64,000 bases of DNA from a bacterium (GTDB lineage: Bacteria > Patescibacteriota > Patescibacteriia > UBA9570): positions 29,735-93,734 of the forward strand of contig JAUYKW010000001.1 in assembly GCA_030698395.1 (NCBI GenBank), in the 5' to 3' direction. The notes under the pieces are model-generated. The model was not told the DNA's origin. It ran no database searches and saw only the letters and a program-made list of their open reading frames with translations. Position 1 is the first letter of the stretch. Every line of letters begins with the position of its first letter. Shown here one piece after another: positions 61,294 through 64,000 of this stretch. Both the position numbers and the translations under genes were made by a program.

Positions 61294-62541
61294 TTAGGGC
61301 AACAAACTCTTAAACCACTTTTTCATCTTAGAAGTTGCATCTGTAACAGCTGAAAAACGAGCTAACTGAGACATACCTCCACCTTGCGGACTTGTCATAC
61401 CTTGCCCCCATAATACTAATCCTAAAGCAGTTGCAAAGACAGGATCCTGAATTTTATCAATAGCAGTTTTAAATTGTCTTGGTGCACCAATTGTGGCAGG
61501 TAAATAAAACTGTGCTTTAGCGACATCTACGATACCGTTTAATTTAGAACCACCACCAGTTAACACAATTCCAGCTGGAAGCATGCCGTGCCGATCAATA
61601 GCTTTTAGTTCTTTGTTTACCATTGAGAAAATCTCTTCTAATCTTGCTTCGATTATTTCTGCTACTTCTTTCCGAGATACTCTACCATCTTCATTTTCAT
61701 CAATATCTTTTAAATCTATCTCTTCATGTTTATTTATGTCATCTGGACTTGCAGAACCATAATCAGTTTTGATTGCCTCGGCAATATCAACAGAAGTTCT
61801 TAACCCAATAGCAATATCATTAGTAATGTGTCCTGCACCTACTGGCAAAATCTTTGTATGAATCACATCCCCTTCTTCAAATACCATCAAGCTAGTCGTT
61901 AGTCCTCCTAAATTTACTAAAGCCACTCCTAGTTCTTTCTGACGTTTAGTTAACACAGCCTCGCTAGCAGCAAGTACACCTAACACCAAATCTTGGATAT
62001 CAGTACCAGTACGATAAACACATTTTGTTAAATTCTTTATCTGAGATACTAAACCAAGAATAATCTGTGCATCTGCCTCTAATTTAATTCCAGTCATTCC
62101 TACGGGATCTTTTATTCCCATTTGATTATCCACATTGAACTGTCGGGGAATAACATGCAATATTTCATAATTTGGTGGTGTAGCTACAGTTTGTGCAGCC
62201 TCAATTACCCTAGTTACATCTTCATCCTTGATTTCACCATCAGCTTTCGATACTGCAACTACGCCATGACTATCCTGAGACAAGATGTGACCGCCATTAA
62301 CGCTTACAAATGCTCTTTCAGTAGGAATACCAGTCATTCGTTCTACCTTGTCTAAGGCTCCAGAAATTGAAGAGACTGCATCTTCTATGCTAGTAATAAC
62401 TCCTTTATTAATACCTTCAGCTGGATGTTCAGCTGCTCCAATAATATGCAAATCATTATCATGAGGATTAACTTGGCCAACAGCAACTCGGATAGTTGTT
62501 GAACCGATATCTAAACCTGTAATAGCGTCCCCTTTTGCCAT
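61294..62541 (-). CDS. ftsA: Cell division protein FtsA
   Basis: GLDIGSTTI, HITNDIA, VLTGGGS, amphipathic KKWFKSL tail. Confidence 0.97.
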   Translation of the reverse strand: MAKGDAITGLDIGSTTIRVAVGQVNPHDNDLHIIGAAEHPAEGINKGVITSIEDAVSSISGALDKVERMTGIPTERAFVSVNGGHILSQDSHGVVAVSKADGEIKDEDVTRVIEAAQTVATPPNYEILHVIPRQFNVDNQMGIKDPVGMTGIKLEADAQIILGLVSQIKNLTKCVYRTGTDIQDLVLGVLAASEAVLTKRQKELGVALVNLGGLTTSLMVFEEGDVIHTKILPVGAGHITNDIAIGLRTSVDIAEAIKTDYGSASPDDINKHEEIDLKDIDENEDGRVSRKEVAEIIEARLEEIFSMVNKELKAIDRHGMLPAGIVLTGGGSKLNGIVDVAKAQFYLPATIGAPRQFKTAIDKIQDPVFATALGLVLWGQGMTSPQGGGMSQLARFSAVTDATSKMKKWFKSLLP

Positions 62542-62595
62542 ATTATATAGTAACTATACTAGTAATTAATAAATTTCTCTAACCTGTTTATTATA

Positions 62596-62970
62596 CTATA
62601 AACTTTGTAATAAATCTATGAAGTGTGGAATAAAAACCATACACGCAATAATCGCTGAGCCAAATGATGCAATAAATACTGCCGCGGCCATCATATCTTT
62701 AATAACTGCAACATAAGTATGCATTCTAGGTTTCAAAATATCCACAATTTTCTCAAAAATAGTATTCACAACTTCTAATACCATCACAAAGATAATCAGC
62801 ATGGTTAAGATTATCGCTTCACCCATTGAAACTCTAAAAATAAGCATAGCAGTAACCACTAAAATACCAATAAATACCTGAATTCGAAAATTTTGTTCGT
62901 TACGCCACACATATTTCAATCCCTGTATGGCATAAGCAAAACTTTGATTTAACCTTTTGATACTAATCAT
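62596..62970 (-). CDS. dgkA: Diacylglycerol/undecaprenol kinase
   Basis: SFAYAIQG...EQNFR, EVVNTIFEKIVD, KDMMAAAV. Confidence 0.92.
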   Translation of the reverse strand: MISIKRLNQSFAYAIQGLKYVWRNEQNFRIQVFIGILVVTAMLIFRVSMGEAIILTMLIIFVMVLEVVNTIFEKIVDILKPRMHTYVAVIKDMMAAAVFIASFGSAIIACMVFIPHFIDLLQSL

Positions 62971-63379
62971 TACTATAGATTTGAGATAATAATTTTCTTT
63001 CTAGAGGACGCATAACTTTAGCATCAATAGCAGTTTCATGATCATAACCTCTTAAATGCAGTATACCATGTATAAGTAACCATAAAAGCTCTTTTATTAC
63101 TGGTGTTTGTTTCTCTACAGCTTGTTTTACAGCTTGCTGATAACATATCACAACTTCGCCTTCTTCATCGTTGTATGGAAACGATAACACGTCAGTAACA
63201 GCATTAACTTTTCTGTATTTCAGATTCATTTCCTGCATAGTTTTTGCACCTACTAAAACAACTGATACAGAAAATGTCTCTGAAAATCTAAGATTTTTCT
63301 TTACTGCTAAAAATGTCTGATTTACTATCTTAGCAGTTAATTCTGATGCTTTAACATTTTTATGAAGGTGAATTGGCAT
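62963..63379 (-). CDS. ybeY: rRNA maturation endoribonuclease YbeY
   Basis: TDVLSF, HGILHLRGYDHE. Confidence 0.95.
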   Translation of the reverse strand: MPIHLHKNVKASELTAKIVNQTFLAVKKNLRFSETFSVSVVLVGAKTMQEMNLKYRKVNAVTDVLSFPYNDEEGEVVICYQQAVKQAVEKQTPVIKELLWLLIHGILHLRGYDHETAIDAKVMRPLERKLLSQIYSND

Positions 63380-64000
63380 TCACATCATCATTAACATTAC
63401 TGTTAACTGTATTTTTATTTGTATTATTTGAACTCTTCGTGGCTTTAGTTAATTCAAAACTCTTAGCAATTAATGCAAAAGTAGTATCAAAGTGTAAATC
63501 TACACTACTGCCATAACGATAACTAACACCATACACATATTCATCCGAGGTAAAATAAGCAGTATATCCATCAAGACTTAATACACCCTCAACACCGTCA
63601 AATGTGGTAATTGTTTCTAATTGAGTTTCTTTTACATTACTTGCTTGATCTAAATACCAATCTACTGCTGTAAAGCCAGTTGGATTATTCTCCACTACGA
63701 CTGCCACAAATTGGCCAGCTGTATCTAAAGATGTTGGAGTGAATAATACTTCATTTGATCCTGTTTCAGATATTTCATCAGCTGTCCACTCTGCTGGATA
63801 TAACATATTATAACCATATTCTTTATTACTATATGTACTAACTAACTCAGAGTTATCTACAAGCTTAGCAGCACCATCAGTACTTTGCGGATCAAATCCA
63901 GCTAATATTTCAGCACCGTCATTATAACCATCGCTATCTGTGTCTGGTAAATCAGCTTTTGTGCCAAATAATTTCTCTTCCTCATTAGTCAACTGATCCT
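63360..64000 (-). CDS. C-terminal part of a protein with a TSP3-like Ca-binding repeat and PsbP-like domain (partial)
   Basis: DTDSDGYNDGAE; YSNKEYGYNMLYPAEW; the frame runs off the window edge. Confidence 0.65.
   Translation of the reverse strand, partial: DQLTNEEEKLFGTKADLPDTDSDGYNDGAEILAGFDPQSTDGAAKLVDNSELVSTYSNKEYGYNMLYPAEWTADEISETGSNEVLFTPTSLDTAGQFVAVVVENNPTGFTAVDWYLDQASNVKETQLETITTFDGVEGVLSLDGYTAYFTSDEYVYGVSYRYGSSVDLHFDTTFALIAKSFELTKATKSSNNTNKNTVNSNVNDDVNANSPS

Overview
AT-rich bacterial chromosomal segment, about 35% GC by spot counts. It most resembles a Patescibacteria/CPR genome; this is an inference from the ybeY-dgkA-ftsA-ftsZ order, the near absence of Shine-Dalgarno sites, the UvrD-nuclease fusion and the many large surface proteins. 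Contents: a divergent F-type ATPase operon without delta; a C-terminally truncated pgi; an ECF sigma/anti-sigma locus; mutM; a TPP-riboswitch thiBPQ operon; a GAF-ANTAR regulator beside glnA with a dual-hairpin ANTAR target RNA; B12-dependent nrdJ with NrdR boxes, plus a candidate B12 S-component, cobO and nrdR; a 2450-aa surface protein; an SQR-TusE-DsrE sulfur module; a redox gene cluster; and ftsA/ftsZ. The most unusual signal is four isolated GC-rich units (about 57-67% in spot-counted lines) at 23.7-24.9, 37.0-37.35, 49.1-50.1 and 59.25-59.8 kb. Each is bracketed by a long 5' hairpin and a bulged 3' hairpin. One of them is an apparently ORF-less, ~300-nt multibranched RNA with its own promoter and terminator. 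No rRNA, tRNA, CRISPR array, transposase or integrase was seen. All calls are by eye, with no database searches.
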